Assembly (NCBI GenBank): GCA_963664875.1
Contig: OY761611.1
Span: forward strand, 3,328,001 to 3,392,000
DNA: 64,000 nucleotides
From: Candidatus Kapaibacterium sp.
GTDB taxonomy: Bacteria; Bacteroidota; Ignavibacteria; Kapaibacteriales; UBA2268
Direction: 5' to 3'
This document shows positions 31,111 through 41,224 of the stretch, piece after piece (the first letter of the stretch is position 1; every line of letters begins with the position of its first letter). The translations under genes and the position numbers were made by a program. Below the pieces are notes generated by a model, which did not search any database, was not told where the DNA came from, and saw only the letters and a list, made by a program, of their open reading frames with translations.

Positions 31111-31989
31111 ATGATAAAAAGATATTGGGCATTACTGCTTGTACTACTTACCATTACCGCATGCTCGACTGTCAGGCCAACCGGAAAACACATGATGTGG
31201 GAACTGAGAACTCCCGAATCTACTGTTTATCTTGTAGGTTCGATTCACATGGCAGATAGTAGCTTTTATCCCTTAGACAATATCTACTATGAAAAATTGG
31301 ACTCCTCGCGAATATTTGTTACTGAAATAGATTTAGAGCAAGTTGATCCAATGAAAATGATGAAACTTGTAACCCTCAGAAACGGAAAAACTCTTAAAGA
31401 TATGGTTCCTGAAGATGTCTATCCTATTCTTGTGGAAAGATTAGGCAAATTGGGCTTCCCGGAAGATGTGGCAAACACATTCAAACCGGGCTTTGCTTTG
31501 ATGATGGCACAGTTGATGAACGAAGATTCTGAGCCCAAGAGTTTCGCTTCTCTTGCTGAAGGTATAGATATTCATTTATTGAATAAAGCACAAAATCATG
31601 CGAAGTTAGGTCTCGAAGATGTAGGTACGCAAATGACTTTATTAGAAAAACTAATAGATGTTGACCCGGACAAAATGAAAATGTATCTTAACAGTAATCC
31701 GGACATTGAGGCTAATATCGATCTGAAACAGCTTTTTGATGCTTGGAAAAATGCTGATACAGAAACTTTAGAAAAAGTACTACTTGCAGAATCTGAAGTT
31801 GATGAAGCATCTAAAGAACTCATGGTAGAAATGCTTGACAACAGAAACATAAACATGGCAAAAAAAATTGAATCTTATATAGTAGATGGTGGCACTTTCT
31901 ATATTGTAGTAGGTGCAGGGCATCTTGTAGGTGATAAGTCCATCATAAAGCTATTAGAAGAAAAGGGTTATACAGTTAATCAACTATAA
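31111..31989 (+). CDS. TraB/GumN family lipoprotein
   Basis: Lipobox ITAC, YLVGSIH, GID, RNINM, VGAGHL. Confidence 0.88.
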   Translation: MIKRYWALLLVLLTITACSTVRPTGKHMMWELRTPESTVYLVGSIHMADSSFYPLDNIYYEKLDSSRIFVTEIDLEQVDPMKMMKLVTLRNGKTLKDMVPEDVYPILVERLGKLGFPEDVANTFKPGFALMMAQLMNEDSEPKSFASLAEGIDIHLLNKAQNHAKLGLEDVGTQMTLLEKLIDVDPDKMKMYLNSNPDIEANIDLKQLFDAWKNADTETLEKVLLAESEVDEASKELMVEMLDNRNINMAKKIESYIVDGGTFYIVVGAGHLVGDKSIIKLLEEKGYTVNQL

Positions 31990-32004
31990 TTCGAGGTAAA
32001 ATAA

Positions 32005-32772
32005 ATGAGACTAAAAGGTAAAACAGTAATCGTAACAGGGGCATCTGCCGGAATTGGTGAAGCATGTGCAATTGCTTTTGCAAAAGAAGGTGCAAGGTTA
32101 ATCCTCACAGGAAGAAGAGAAGAAAGAATAAATGAATTGGCAGCAAAGCTAAAACAAGACTTCGGTACGGAAACATTAGCAATTGCGTTTGATGTCAGAA
32201 ATATCGATGAAGTCAAAAAAGCAATGGCACTGCCAGAAGAATGGAACGATATAGATATCCTAATCAATAATGCAGGTCTAGCTCGCGGCACTGAAAAGAT
32301 ACAGGAAGGAGTGATGCAGAATTGGGAAGAAATGATAGACACAAATGTGAAAGGCTTGCTTTACATGACACGTGAGATACTGCCGCGTATGGTAGCTCGT
32401 GAATCAGGTATGATTATCAATATCGCCTCTATTGCCGGCAGACAGGTCTATCCGGGAGGCAACGTTTATTGTGCTTCTAAAGCAGCTGTAAAAGCTATTT
32501 CACAAGGTATCGCTATAGATACTAATGGTACGAACGTTAGGGTGTGCAATATAGATCCGGGTCTGGTAGAAACAGAGTTCTCTGAAGTTAGGTTCCATGG
32601 CGATAAAGAAAAAGCAGAGAATGTATATAAAGGCTTCGAACCGCTAAGAGGAGAAGACATCGCCGACATAGCACTATTTGCAGCTACCCGTCCGGCACAT
32701 GTGATGATTCAGGATGTTCTAATCACGCCTACGGCACAGGCAAACGCAACCACAGTACACAAACAAATATAG
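32005..32772 (+). CDS. Short-chain dehydrogenase (YdfG-like)
   Basis: TGASAGIG, NNAG, YCASK, PGLVETEF. Confidence 0.92.
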   Translation: MRLKGKTVIVTGASAGIGEACAIAFAKEGARLILTGRREERINELAAKLKQDFGTETLAIAFDVRNIDEVKKAMALPEEWNDIDILINNAGLARGTEKIQEGVMQNWEEMIDTNVKGLLYMTREILPRMVARESGMIINIASIAGRQVYPGGNVYCASKAAVKAISQGIAIDTNGTNVRVCNIDPGLVETEFSEVRFHGDKEKAENVYKGFEPLRGEDIADIALFAATRPAHVMIQDVLITPTAQANATTVHKQI

Positions 32773-32838
32773 AAATCTTAACTTATTTCCCTTAGTGCAA
32801 AAAAATCACAGAAAATTATCAATTTTAGAAAAAAAGTA

Positions 32839-32869
32839 TTTGTAATATCGGGAAATAATCTTATTTTTG
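32839..32869 (+). promoter_or_regulatory. Bacteroidota-type housekeeping promoter of tRNA-Ser
   Basis: TTTG-N19-TATTTTTG matches the -33/-7 consensus TTTG/TAnnTTTG. Confidence 0.7.
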
Positions 32870-32896
32870 TGTCTCACAATTGAGATAGATTGTGCT

Positions 32897-32988
<92 letters not shown>

Positions 32989-33002
32989 GACAGGATAATA
33001 TG

Positions 33003-33040
33003 AACCCCATGCGATAAAAATAAATTGCATGGGGTTTTTT
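33003..33040 (+). terminator. tRNA terminator
   Basis: AACCCCATGC..GCATGGGGTT hairpin followed by T-run. Confidence 0.8.
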
Positions 33041-33148
33041 AGTAGGTTTGGGATGTGTTGAAAAATTCTTTTTATCAGTTTTAGAATTTTGTTTATTTTT
33101 TTTATATATTTTGATTGAAAGCTTTTGATTTTAATACATACAATTTTT

Positions 33149-33580
33149 ATGGATAGACATACAAAAGAGCAACGATCGAAAAACATGAAAGCTGTAAAAA
33201 ATAAGGGCTCAAAGATTGAAACTATTTTATCCACAGAACTTTGGTCTAAAGGATACAGATATAGAAAGAATAATAAAAAAGTCTATGGCAAGCCTGATTT
33301 AACATTTGCAAAGTATAAAGTTGCAGTTTTTGTTGATGGTGAATTTTGGCATGGGAAAGATTGGGACTTAAAACGGAAAGAAATTAAATCAAATATAGCA
33401 TTTTGGCAAAAGAAAATAGAGAGCAATATTGAGCGAGATAAAGAAGTGAACCAATATTTGACAGAACATGGTTGGACTGTTCTCAGATTTTGGGGCAAAG
33501 ACATTCTAAAAAGCTTAGACAATTGCGTCAAAATAATTGAGGATGCAATAAATGCAAATAAAAGAAAAAATATCGATTGA
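33149..33580 (+). CDS. vsr: Very short patch repair endonuclease
   Basis: QRSKNM, GKPD, VFVDGEFWHG, FWQKKI..NIERD, GWTVLRFW. Confidence 0.92.
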   Translation: MDRHTKEQRSKNMKAVKNKGSKIETILSTELWSKGYRYRKNNKKVYGKPDLTFAKYKVAVFVDGEFWHGKDWDLKRKEIKSNIAFWQKKIESNIERDKEVNQYLTEHGWTVLRFWGKDILKSLDNCVKIIEDAINANKRKNID

Positions 33581-34829
33581 AGAATTTGGCGATAAAAAGT
33601 TTAAAGTTCGTGTTTTCGAACCTGAAAACAATGGAGAGGCTGCATTAACCCATTATCTTCACAATCCAAATAATGGAGTTACAGAGAAGTTTAGACCAAG
33701 TGCTTTAAGATATGTCAAGAGTTTGTTAGAATATAAAAACTCTGACGAAAACATTGATATAAAAGCTGCTGAAGAAGCTTTGCAGTATTTACTGTTTGAA
33801 AGTGTTTCTACTTTTCCGTTTCCATCACCTGATGTACCTAAATTCAAGTTTATTGATTTGTTTGCAGGTATCGGTGGTTTTAGGATAGCTTTACAAAATT
33901 TGGGTGGTAAATGTGTTTTCTCCAGTGAGTGGGATGAAAAAGCTAAGATAACTTATAGGGCAAACTTTGGAGAAACTCCTTTTGGTGATATAACAAAAGC
34001 AGAAACCAAAAAATTCATACCTGATAATTTCGATGTATTGTGTGCAGGATTTCCATGCCAGGCTTTTTCTATTGCAGGACGCAGAGGAGGATTTGAAGAT
34101 ACAAGGGGAACCCTTTTCTTTGATGTAGCACAGATAATCAAAGATAAGCGCCCTAAAGCCTTTTTCTTGGAAAATGTAAAAGGGCTTGTTAATCATGACC
34201 GTGGTAAGACTCTAAATACGATATTAAATGTTCTACGAAACGATTTAGGTTACTTTGTACCTGCACCGAAGATTCAGAATGCAAAAGACTTTGGTGTTCC
34301 TCAGAACAGAGAAAGAATATTTATCGTAGGTTTTCGAAAAGATTTGGGAATAAATAACTTTTCTTATCCCGAGGCAACCGGTAAAGAAATATCATTTATG
34401 GATATTCGCGAAGAAGAACCTGTTTCGGTTAAATACTATCTTTCAGATACGTATCTTAGAACTTTAAGAAAACACAAAGAGAGACACGAAAGCAAGGGGA
34501 ATGGTTTTGGCTTTGAAATAATATCAAACGAAAGTATTGCAAATGCTGTCGTTTGTGGGGGTATGGGCAGAGAAAGAAACTTAGTATATGATGATAGACT
34601 AGAAGACTTCAAACCCGTTACTCACATTAAAGGTTGTGTTAACAGAGAATATATCAGAAAGATGACACCTAGAGAATGGGCTCGCTTACAAGGATTCCCC
34701 GATGAATTTATTATTCCTGTTTCAGATGCTTCAGCTTATAAACAATTTGGGAATTCTGTTGCAGTACCTGCAATTCAGGCTACTGCAGAGCAGATAATTA
34801 TGCGATTGAAATTTAATGAGGATATGTGA
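33552..34829 (+). CDS. DNA cytosine-C5 methyltransferase (M.HpaII-like)
   Basis: DLFAGIGG, AGFPCQ, ENVKG, PQNRERI, RLQGFP, KQFGNSV. Confidence 0.95.
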   Translation: MQIKEKISIEEFGDKKFKVRVFEPENNGEAALTHYLHNPNNGVTEKFRPSALRYVKSLLEYKNSDENIDIKAAEEALQYLLFESVSTFPFPSPDVPKFKFIDLFAGIGGFRIALQNLGGKCVFSSEWDEKAKITYRANFGETPFGDITKAETKKFIPDNFDVLCAGFPCQAFSIAGRRGGFEDTRGTLFFDVAQIIKDKRPKAFFLENVKGLVNHDRGKTLNTILNVLRNDLGYFVPAPKIQNAKDFGVPQNRERIFIVGFRKDLGINNFSYPEATGKEISFMDIREEEPVSVKYYLSDTYLRTLRKHKERHESKGNGFGFEIISNESIANAVVCGGMGRERNLVYDDRLEDFKPVTHIKGCVNREYIRKMTPREWARLQGFPDEFIIPVSDASAYKQFGNSVAVPAIQATAEQIIMRLKFNEDM

Positions 34830-35911
34830 TGTTAGGAGGTAATATTGGTGAGTGGAGTGAAATATATGTACTATTTAAACTCTTGTCGGATAAGCAGCTT
34901 CAACTTGGAGATAAAGACTTAAATGCAATTCCCTCCATGTTATTCCCAATTTTGAAAATAATAAAAGATCAAGCTGATAAGAAACTAGAATTTTCTCTTT
35001 CAGATGATACAAATATTGTTTTACACTACAGTGGCAATAATATTTCTATTCCAATTGAAGCATTCAATGAGAATGCTTCATATTTACTCGAGCAACTAAT
35101 GACTACCGAGGATTATAGGAAAGGACTTCCTAAAATCCAAGAATTTTTAGATTTACTTAATATTACATCACTAAAGGCAAAATCTTCTCAAAAAACTGAT
35201 ATTATTATTCAACTTCATGATCGATTTACAGGTACGCAACCGGTATTAGGTTTTAGTATCAAATCACAGCTTGGTGGACGCTCAACTCTTCTTAATGCTA
35301 GCCAAGCTACAAATTTTGTGTTCCGATTTGCTTCTCATAACTTTAATAGTAGTAATATAGAACTGGTTAATAACATTGTTGGTGCCGGGAAGATCAGAAA
35401 ACGTCTTGCCACAGCTTTAGAATCAAATTCTGAGATTGAATTTGTAAGAGTTGATAATTCAACCTTTCAAAACAATCTAATACTTATAGACTGTTGCCTT
35501 CATGAGATTTTGGCTGAAATGTTACTTCTTTACTATAAAGATGGAATTTCAAAAGTTACTGATAACCTCGATAAACTTACTAAAATAAACCCTCTCAAAT
35601 TGGATTTGACTGAGAAACATCCTTTCTATGAATACAAAATCAAGCGATTTTTGACTGAAGTTGCTCTTGGCATGACTCCTACTCATATTTGGGAAGGTAC
35701 TCTGGATGCAACCGGTGGATACATTATAGTCAAAGAAGATGGTGAAATAGTCAGTTATCATGTTTACAAAAGAAATGAGTTTGAAGACTATTTGTTACAA
35801 AATACATCATTTGAAACAGCTTCATCGTCAAGAAATCAATTTGGTAAACTTTATTTAGAAGGTGCTGAAGCCGGAATTAAACTGAATCTACAGATTAGAT
35901 TTAACAAGTAG
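34829..35911 (+). CDS. HpaII-family type II restriction endonuclease
   Basis: GNIGEWSEIY, KTDI, GFSIKSQLG..STLLNAS..TNF, ATGGYIIVK, KLNLQIRF. Confidence 0.88.
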   Translation: MLGGNIGEWSEIYVLFKLLSDKQLQLGDKDLNAIPSMLFPILKIIKDQADKKLEFSLSDDTNIVLHYSGNNISIPIEAFNENASYLLEQLMTTEDYRKGLPKIQEFLDLLNITSLKAKSSQKTDIIIQLHDRFTGTQPVLGFSIKSQLGGRSTLLNASQATNFVFRFASHNFNSSNIELVNNIVGAGKIRKRLATALESNSEIEFVRVDNSTFQNNLILIDCCLHEILAEMLLLYYKDGISKVTDNLDKLTKINPLKLDLTEKHPFYEYKIKRFLTEVALGMTPTHIWEGTLDATGGYIIVKEDGEIVSYHVYKRNEFEDYLLQNTSFETASSSRNQFGKLYLEGAEAGIKLNLQIRFNK

Positions 35912-36059
35912 TTACATATTCCTAAAACTCCGTCCCCAAAAAAAATTGACAGAAAAGGATGTAACGTTCTAAAATAAGTTGACAGATTCAATTATCAAAC
36001 TTTGCTCTGATAAACGAAAATACGTATTTAGTATTATTTATCAAAGGGGCATTATGCCC

Positions 36060-37379
36060 CTACTCCTCAAACCGCTCAGGCCACATCAGTTTCATTCTTT
36101 CCAAAAAGACTTTTTCTTTGCCGAATTCGCCCGGCACGTAATATTGTTTATACTTGATGCTGTCTGGGAAGTAATGCTCATGCACGAAGTGGAACGGGAA
36201 ATCATGCGGATATTGATAGCCTTTGCCGTAGCCTTCGTTTTTCATAAATTTTGTGGGGGCGTTGCGTAAGTGCATTGGCACAGTTACGTCTGCTCCTTTT
36301 TTGATGTCTGCCATTGCCTGATTGATGCCCATATAAGCAGCATTCGATTTCGGGCAAGCTGCTAAGTAGGTAACAGCCTGTGCAAGATTTATCCTGCATT
36401 CCGGCATACCTATAACTTCTACTGCTTTGAATGTGGAAACTGCAAGTGTTATCGCATAAGTGTCGGCATTCCCTATATCCTCGGATGCAAAAATTATAAG
36501 TCGGCGAGCGATAAACTTCGGATCTTCGCCTGCTTCCAACATTTTGGCTAACCAGAAAATTGCTGCGTCAGGGTCGGAACCACGCATCGACTTAATAAAA
36601 GCAGAAATTGTGTCGTAATGCTCTTCGCCTTTTTTATCATATATAGTAGTCTTCTGCTGCAATGCTTTTAAGAAAAGCGCCTTTGTCAGAAGAGTTTTAC
36701 CGTCTTTCTTTTCGGCTAGTTTGAAAGCCAGCTCGATTGCATTTAGCACCGTGCGGGCATCGCCACCTGAAATATCCACCAAAAAGTCTTTGTCTTCAAC
36801 TTCTGTGTTTGCTTCTTTTAGTATTTCGTCTTTTTCGAGAGCGTGGTCTATTAAGGCACTAACCTGCTCATCTGTCAAACTTTGCAGGCGATAAACCTGA
36901 CAGCGACTAAGCAAAGCCGAATTTACCTCAAATGACGGATTTTCGGTAGTAGCGCCAATTAATATAATAATACCGTTTTCAACAGCATGAAGCAAAGCGT
37001 CCTGCTGCGATTTATTAAAGCGGTGAATCTCATCTATAAAAAGTAGTGTTCGCTTGCCGGATCTAAGTCTCTGGCTCGCTTTCTGGATTACCTCACGCAC
37101 ATCTTTTACTCCGGCTTCCACAGCGGAAAGTCGCACAAAATCAGTATCGGCATACTCTGCTATAAGCAAAGCCAAAGTTGTTTTGCCGGTGCCGGGAGGG
37201 CCCCAAAAGATAATAGAGTGGAACTGCTTACGTTTCACAAAAACACGAAGCGGAGCGCCATCGCCCACAAGATGCTCCTGCCCGAAGATTTCATCTATAG
37301 TTCTCGGTCTGATTCTTTCAGCGAGCGGCTGAAAAGCCTTATTACGCGTTTGCTCTGATGTAGGGAATAGCTCATTCAT
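36060..37379 (-). CDS. rarA: Replication-associated recombination protein A
   Basis: PLAERIRP, GPPGTGKTT, DEIHRFNKSQQD, ISAFIKSMRGSDPDA. Confidence 0.95.
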   Translation of the reverse strand: MNELFPTSEQTRNKAFQPLAERIRPRTIDEIFGQEHLVGDGAPLRVFVKRKQFHSIIFWGPPGTGKTTLALLIAEYADTDFVRLSAVEAGVKDVREVIQKASQRLRSGKRTLLFIDEIHRFNKSQQDALLHAVENGIIILIGATTENPSFEVNSALLSRCQVYRLQSLTDEQVSALIDHALEKDEILKEANTEVEDKDFLVDISGGDARTVLNAIELAFKLAEKKDGKTLLTKALFLKALQQKTTIYDKKGEEHYDTISAFIKSMRGSDPDAAIFWLAKMLEAGEDPKFIARRLIIFASEDIGNADTYAITLAVSTFKAVEVIGMPECRINLAQAVTYLAACPKSNAAYMGINQAMADIKKGADVTVPMHLRNAPTKFMKNEGYGKGYQYPHDFPFHFVHEHYFPDSIKYKQYYVPGEFGKEKVFLERMKLMWPERFEE

Positions 37380-37468
37380 GTTACACCTATAGAAATATTC
37401 TTTTTCTTTAGGTATATAAAAAACTGTGCCATAAAAGGGAGGTTGTTGTTTGCTGTATATATGCTCCG

Positions 37469-38152
37469 TTAGTCCGGTTGATTTAAAAACTCTTCGTTTA
37501 TTTTATTAGTTAATATTTTCAGATGTTCAAGTGGAAATGGGGAGTTAAAAACTGTATCAACAGAATAAAACATTTCCACGTTCCTACTAGGACTTCCAGT
37601 GAAACCCAAAAAACCATAATCTTGAATATAGAAAGCAAATGAACCCCATATTATCCAATCTTTTCTTTTACTATCTTCGCTATACTTAAGGTTCTCATTA
37701 AAAACATAAACTGAAACGGTATACTTTTTTGTTGCAATATTGAAATCCAAATCTTTGTAGAATCTTATTGTAAAGGGTAAGTATGGTTCGTTGATTTGTA
37801 TCATAGTCAAATATTTTTCTATATCAGCATTGGTATATGAGAAATCGGAAGTATAAATTACTGTGTCTAGTAATTTAGATTTATTGAGATTAAACACAGG
37901 TAAAGAATCATATTTTTTTAGATTAGTAATACCCTGATTTATTATGTATCTGAAATTATCTCCATATATTGACCTATCATCTCCATGATGTCTATAATTC
38001 ATACCATATAAATCAGAATCAATTCTTTCAATGTAAATGAAAGCATCAGTATTAAACTCTTCATTATATCTAAAAGTAGTACCAAGATCACGTTCTACAT
38101 TAGAGCAACCAGCCAAAATAAGAATCACGACATACTTATAAACTATTTTCAT
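37469..38152 (-). CDS. Lipoprotein, putative orphan immunity protein (paralogue of 38403..39074)
   Basis: Lipobox LAGC; shares YDS.PV.NLNK.K.LDTV, PFT, YI.DYG blocks with the neighbour. Confidence 0.6.
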   Translation of the reverse strand: MKIVYKYVVILILAGCSNVERDLGTTFRYNEEFNTDAFIYIERIDSDLYGMNYRHHGDDRSIYGDNFRYIINQGITNLKKYDSLPVFNLNKSKLLDTVIYTSDFSYTNADIEKYLTMIQINEPYLPFTIRFYKDLDFNIATKKYTVSVYVFNENLKYSEDSKRKDWIIWGSFAFYIQDYGFLGFTGSPSRNVEMFYSVDTVFNSPFPLEHLKILTNKINEEFLNQPD

Positions 38153-38173
38153 AAAAAAACTGATTCCCGATTA

Positions 38174-38311
38174 TTATCTATTCTTTTTAACAGCTTGTTT
38201 TATAGCTCGTGATTCTTTAGCTCTTTCACTTCGATCTATATTGTAGTATTTCTTGTCTGGATCTAGATCTCTGTCTTTTTTAACATTCAAGTTTGTCACC
38301 AAATCTATCAT
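38174..38311 (-). pseudogene. 45-aa fragment, possible toxin C-terminal remnant
   Basis: MIDLVTNLNVKKDRDLDPDKKYYNIDRSERAKESRAIKQAVKKNR ends just upstream of the lipoprotein; assignment from context only. Confidence 0.3.
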
Positions 38312-38402
38312 AGTTTACACTACCTGACGTTCGTCTGACTCGATTAGAAAATAACTGTGCCATAAAAGAAAATATTAATGACAAATAAAACTATAAATCG
38401 CA

Positions 38403-39074
38403 TTAGTTTATAGAATCCTCTTCGATTAACTTCTCTCTCAATGTATTCAAATCTTCTAATGAAATTGAGGAATGTTCCACTTTGTAAATTGGTGAAGACA
38501 AGTCTACTGAAATAATACCATAGTCTTCTATATAGTAAGCACGTGAGGGTAATAGACCATCTCCGGCAAAATATCTAAATTTTACATTAGTGTTAAAATC
38601 GTACACTGACACACAGTATTTATGACCATTTATTACAATATTCAAATCTCTCAAATACTTCACAGTAAAAGGAACATAAGGATAAAAATATTGAACAGTT
38701 TTCAAGAAAAAATCGTATGTGCTATCTTTGATTGAAGATTCTATTTCTAAATAGTTCACTGTATCAAGTTGTTTTTTTTTATTAAGGTTCAATACCGGAA
38801 TTGAGTCATATACCGAAAGATTGTTACTTTTTTGATTTATGAAAAGTTTCCACTCTGCAGGTCTATATGGTTCTGATTGAGAATATCCCATTTTGTGATT
38901 ATAAATCACTAGTTTATAAACTCCTTCTTCCAAAAATTCCATAGTTGACGAAAAATCTACTGTTTTCCCATTTAAATAATCAATCTTCAAAATTTTTCTA
39001 TGAGGTTTGGCACACCCATATGTTGATATTAAAATCAGTACTATGCTAAACAAAAGAGATCTTATTTTGCTCAC
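38403..39074 (-). CDS. Lipoprotein, putative orphan immunity protein
   Basis: Lipobox TYGC; paralogous to 37469..38152. Confidence 0.6.
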   Translation of the reverse strand: MSKIRSLLFSIVLILISTYGCAKPHRKILKIDYLNGKTVDFSSTMEFLEEGVYKLVIYNHKMGYSQSEPYRPAEWKLFINQKSNNLSVYDSIPVLNLNKKKQLDTVNYLEIESSIKDSTYDFFLKTVQYFYPYVPFTVKYLRDLNIVINGHKYCVSVYDFNTNVKFRYFAGDGLLPSRAYYIEDYGIISVDLSSPIYKVEHSSISLEDLNTLREKLIEEDSIN

Positions 39075-39268
39075 TTAGAATTCCTATTTATAACTGATCT
39101 AATACTATTATTTTTTAATCTATCATATTGTTTCCCAATTTTAGCACTTTCACCATTCGGATCTTCAGACTTATAAATCTTATCCCATCGTCTCCCAGGA
39201 ACAGGGTACAAATAATCGACATGTGCTGAACCAAGTATTCCGACCATAAAAACATCTTTTTTATCCAT
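39071..39268 (-). pseudogene. 65-aa fragment, possible toxin C-terminal remnant
   Basis: Short hydrophilic ORF overlapping the start of the lipoprotein gene. Confidence 0.35.
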
Positions 39269-39283
39269 ATCTAGTTCTAAATC

Positions 39284-39727
39284 CTAAAACACATATCGAT
39301 ACTTTTGTTTAGGAGCAAAGAGTTTATACAAAAATATTTGATTTGGTTTCTTTGAATCCGAAAATTTAACCTGCAAAGGTTTTTCTTTAGCATACATCAA
39401 ATCATCTGTAAAGTTGGGGTCGTAAAATAATCTTTCTATATTTGCATTTTCAGTCACTACGTAGTCATAATTATCTAAATCCATATTTTTCAGAATATTA
39501 GACATTATTGTCTTTTCGTATCCATGTTTATCACTTATAATTTCAAATTGCTCTTTATCGTAAACAATCCAATATGCTTTTACATCTTTAGCGTGAACTG
39601 AAGCAGAATCTTCAAGCTTGTATGATTTGATTAAATCAAATTCTACTTCATTGATTTCTTGCCTGCAAGCGCTAACTAATACAATACAAACAGATAGCAA
39701 TACTATCTGTAGAGAGTTTAGAGACAT
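39284..39727 (-). CDS. Hypothetical lipoprotein
   Basis: Lipobox VSAC, 147 aa. Confidence 0.65.
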   Translation of the reverse strand: MSLNSLQIVLLSVCIVLVSACRQEINEVEFDLIKSYKLEDSASVHAKDVKAYWIVYDKEQFEIISDKHGYEKTIMSNILKNMDLDNYDYVVTENANIERLFYDPNFTDDLMYAKEKPLQVKFSDSKKPNQIFLYKLFAPKQKYRYVF

Positions 39728-39858
39728 GGTATTTCCAAATTTTTGACAGCCAACCTAATATACAAATATTTTCTGCCATAAAACAAAGCAAATGAAAAAA
39801 CTATTTTGTAAATTATAATAAAGCAGATAATTATTCTAATTATCAATGGGAATTTTGG

Positions 39859-40305
39859 ATGATTCGATACACATACTTAATACTGCTTCTGCTGATGGCG
39901 GGTTGTCTTGCTAAACCAAAACAACCTGAGTTAGTAAAAGAAGAGCTTGAGTTGTTCGAATATATAAAAAAAGAATCGGGATCAACTTGGGTAAGGCGAG
40001 AACTATATCCCATTTGTGCAGACGAGGATAATAAGTTGTTTAAAGATCCAGAGTATAGTTTATACATACACCTTTCCTGTGATAAGTTAAAAGATGAAGA
40101 TAAATTGGCAAATTTTACTAAACAAATAGCCCCAAAAATAGAATTCCTTATTTTTTCTCCTGATTTTAAATATAATTACAGACAGCAATGGAATTTTATG
40201 AGTGTTACATATTTTTGTTATCCTACAATCGGTTTAACAAAGGCAGTGTCTTTTGAAATAAAGAACGGGAAAGTTTATCGAGGCGATATTCTTGTAAAGG
40301 ACTGA
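39859..40305 (+). CDS. Tandem-array lipoprotein copy 1
   Basis: Lipobox MAGC; near-identical to the three downstream copies. Confidence 0.8.
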   Translation: MIRYTYLILLLLMAGCLAKPKQPELVKEELELFEYIKKESGSTWVRRELYPICADEDNKLFKDPEYSLYIHLSCDKLKDEDKLANFTKQIAPKIEFLIFSPDFKYNYRQQWNFMSVTYFCYPTIGLTKAVSFEIKNGKVYRGDILVKD

Positions 40306-40309
40306 GCAA

Positions 40310-40762
40310 ATGAAGATGATTCGATACACATACTTAATACTGCTTATGCTGATGGTGGGTTGTCTTGCTAAACCAAAACAACCTGAGTTAGTAAAAGAAG
40401 AGCTTGAGTTGTTTGAATATATAAAAAAAGAATCGGGATCAACTTGGGTAGAGCGTGAACTTTACCCCATTTGTGCCGACGAGGATAATGAGCTATTTAA
40501 AAATCCTATGTATAGTTTAGATATACACCTTTCCTGTGATAAGTTAAAAGATGAAGATAAATTGGCAAATTTTACTAAACAAATAGCCCCAAAAATAGAA
40601 TTCCTTATCTTTTCTCCTGATTTTAAATATAATTACAGACAGCAATGGGATTTAGTTATTGTTTCATATTGGTGTTATCCTACAATCGGTTTAACAAAGG
40701 CAGTGTCTTTTGAAATAAAGAACAGGAAAGTTTATCGTGGCGATATTCTGGTAAAGGACTAA
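40310..40762 (+). CDS. Tandem-array lipoprotein copy 2 (divergent patches)
   Basis: Lipobox MVGC; differs at WVERE, NELFKNPMYSLD, WDLVIVSYWC. Confidence 0.8.
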   Translation: MKMIRYTYLILLMLMVGCLAKPKQPELVKEELELFEYIKKESGSTWVERELYPICADEDNELFKNPMYSLDIHLSCDKLKDEDKLANFTKQIAPKIEFLIFSPDFKYNYRQQWDLVIVSYWCYPTIGLTKAVSFEIKNRKVYRGDILVKD

Positions 40763-40766
40763 GCAA

Positions 40767-41219
40767 ATGAAGATGATTCGATACACATACTTAATATTGC
40801 TTATGCTTATGGTGGGTTGTCTTGCTAAACCAAAACAACCTGAGTTAGTAAAAGAAGAGCTTGAGTTGTTTGAATATATAAAAAAAGAATCGGGATCAAC
40901 TTGGGTAAGGCGAGAACTATATCCCATTTGTGCAGACGAGGATAATAAGTTGTTTAAAGATCCAGAGTATAGTTTATACATACACCTTTCCTGTGATAAG
41001 TTAAAAGATGAAGATAAATTGGCAAATTTTACTAAACAAATAGCCCCAAAAATAGAATTCCTTATTTTTTCTCCTGATTTTAAATATAATTACAGACAGC
41101 AATGGAATTTTATTAGTGTTACATATTTTTGTTATCCTACAATCGGTTTAACAAAGTCAGTGTCTTTTGAAATAAAGAACGGGAAAGTTTATCGAGGCGA
41201 TATTCTTGTAAAGGACTGA
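40767..41219 (+). CDS. Tandem-array lipoprotein copy 3
   Basis: Near-identical repeat. Confidence 0.8.
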   Translation: MKMIRYTYLILLMLMVGCLAKPKQPELVKEELELFEYIKKESGSTWVRRELYPICADEDNKLFKDPEYSLYIHLSCDKLKDEDKLANFTKQIAPKIEFLIFSPDFKYNYRQQWNFISVTYFCYPTIGLTKSVSFEIKNGKVYRGDILVKD

Positions 41220-41224
41220 AGCAA

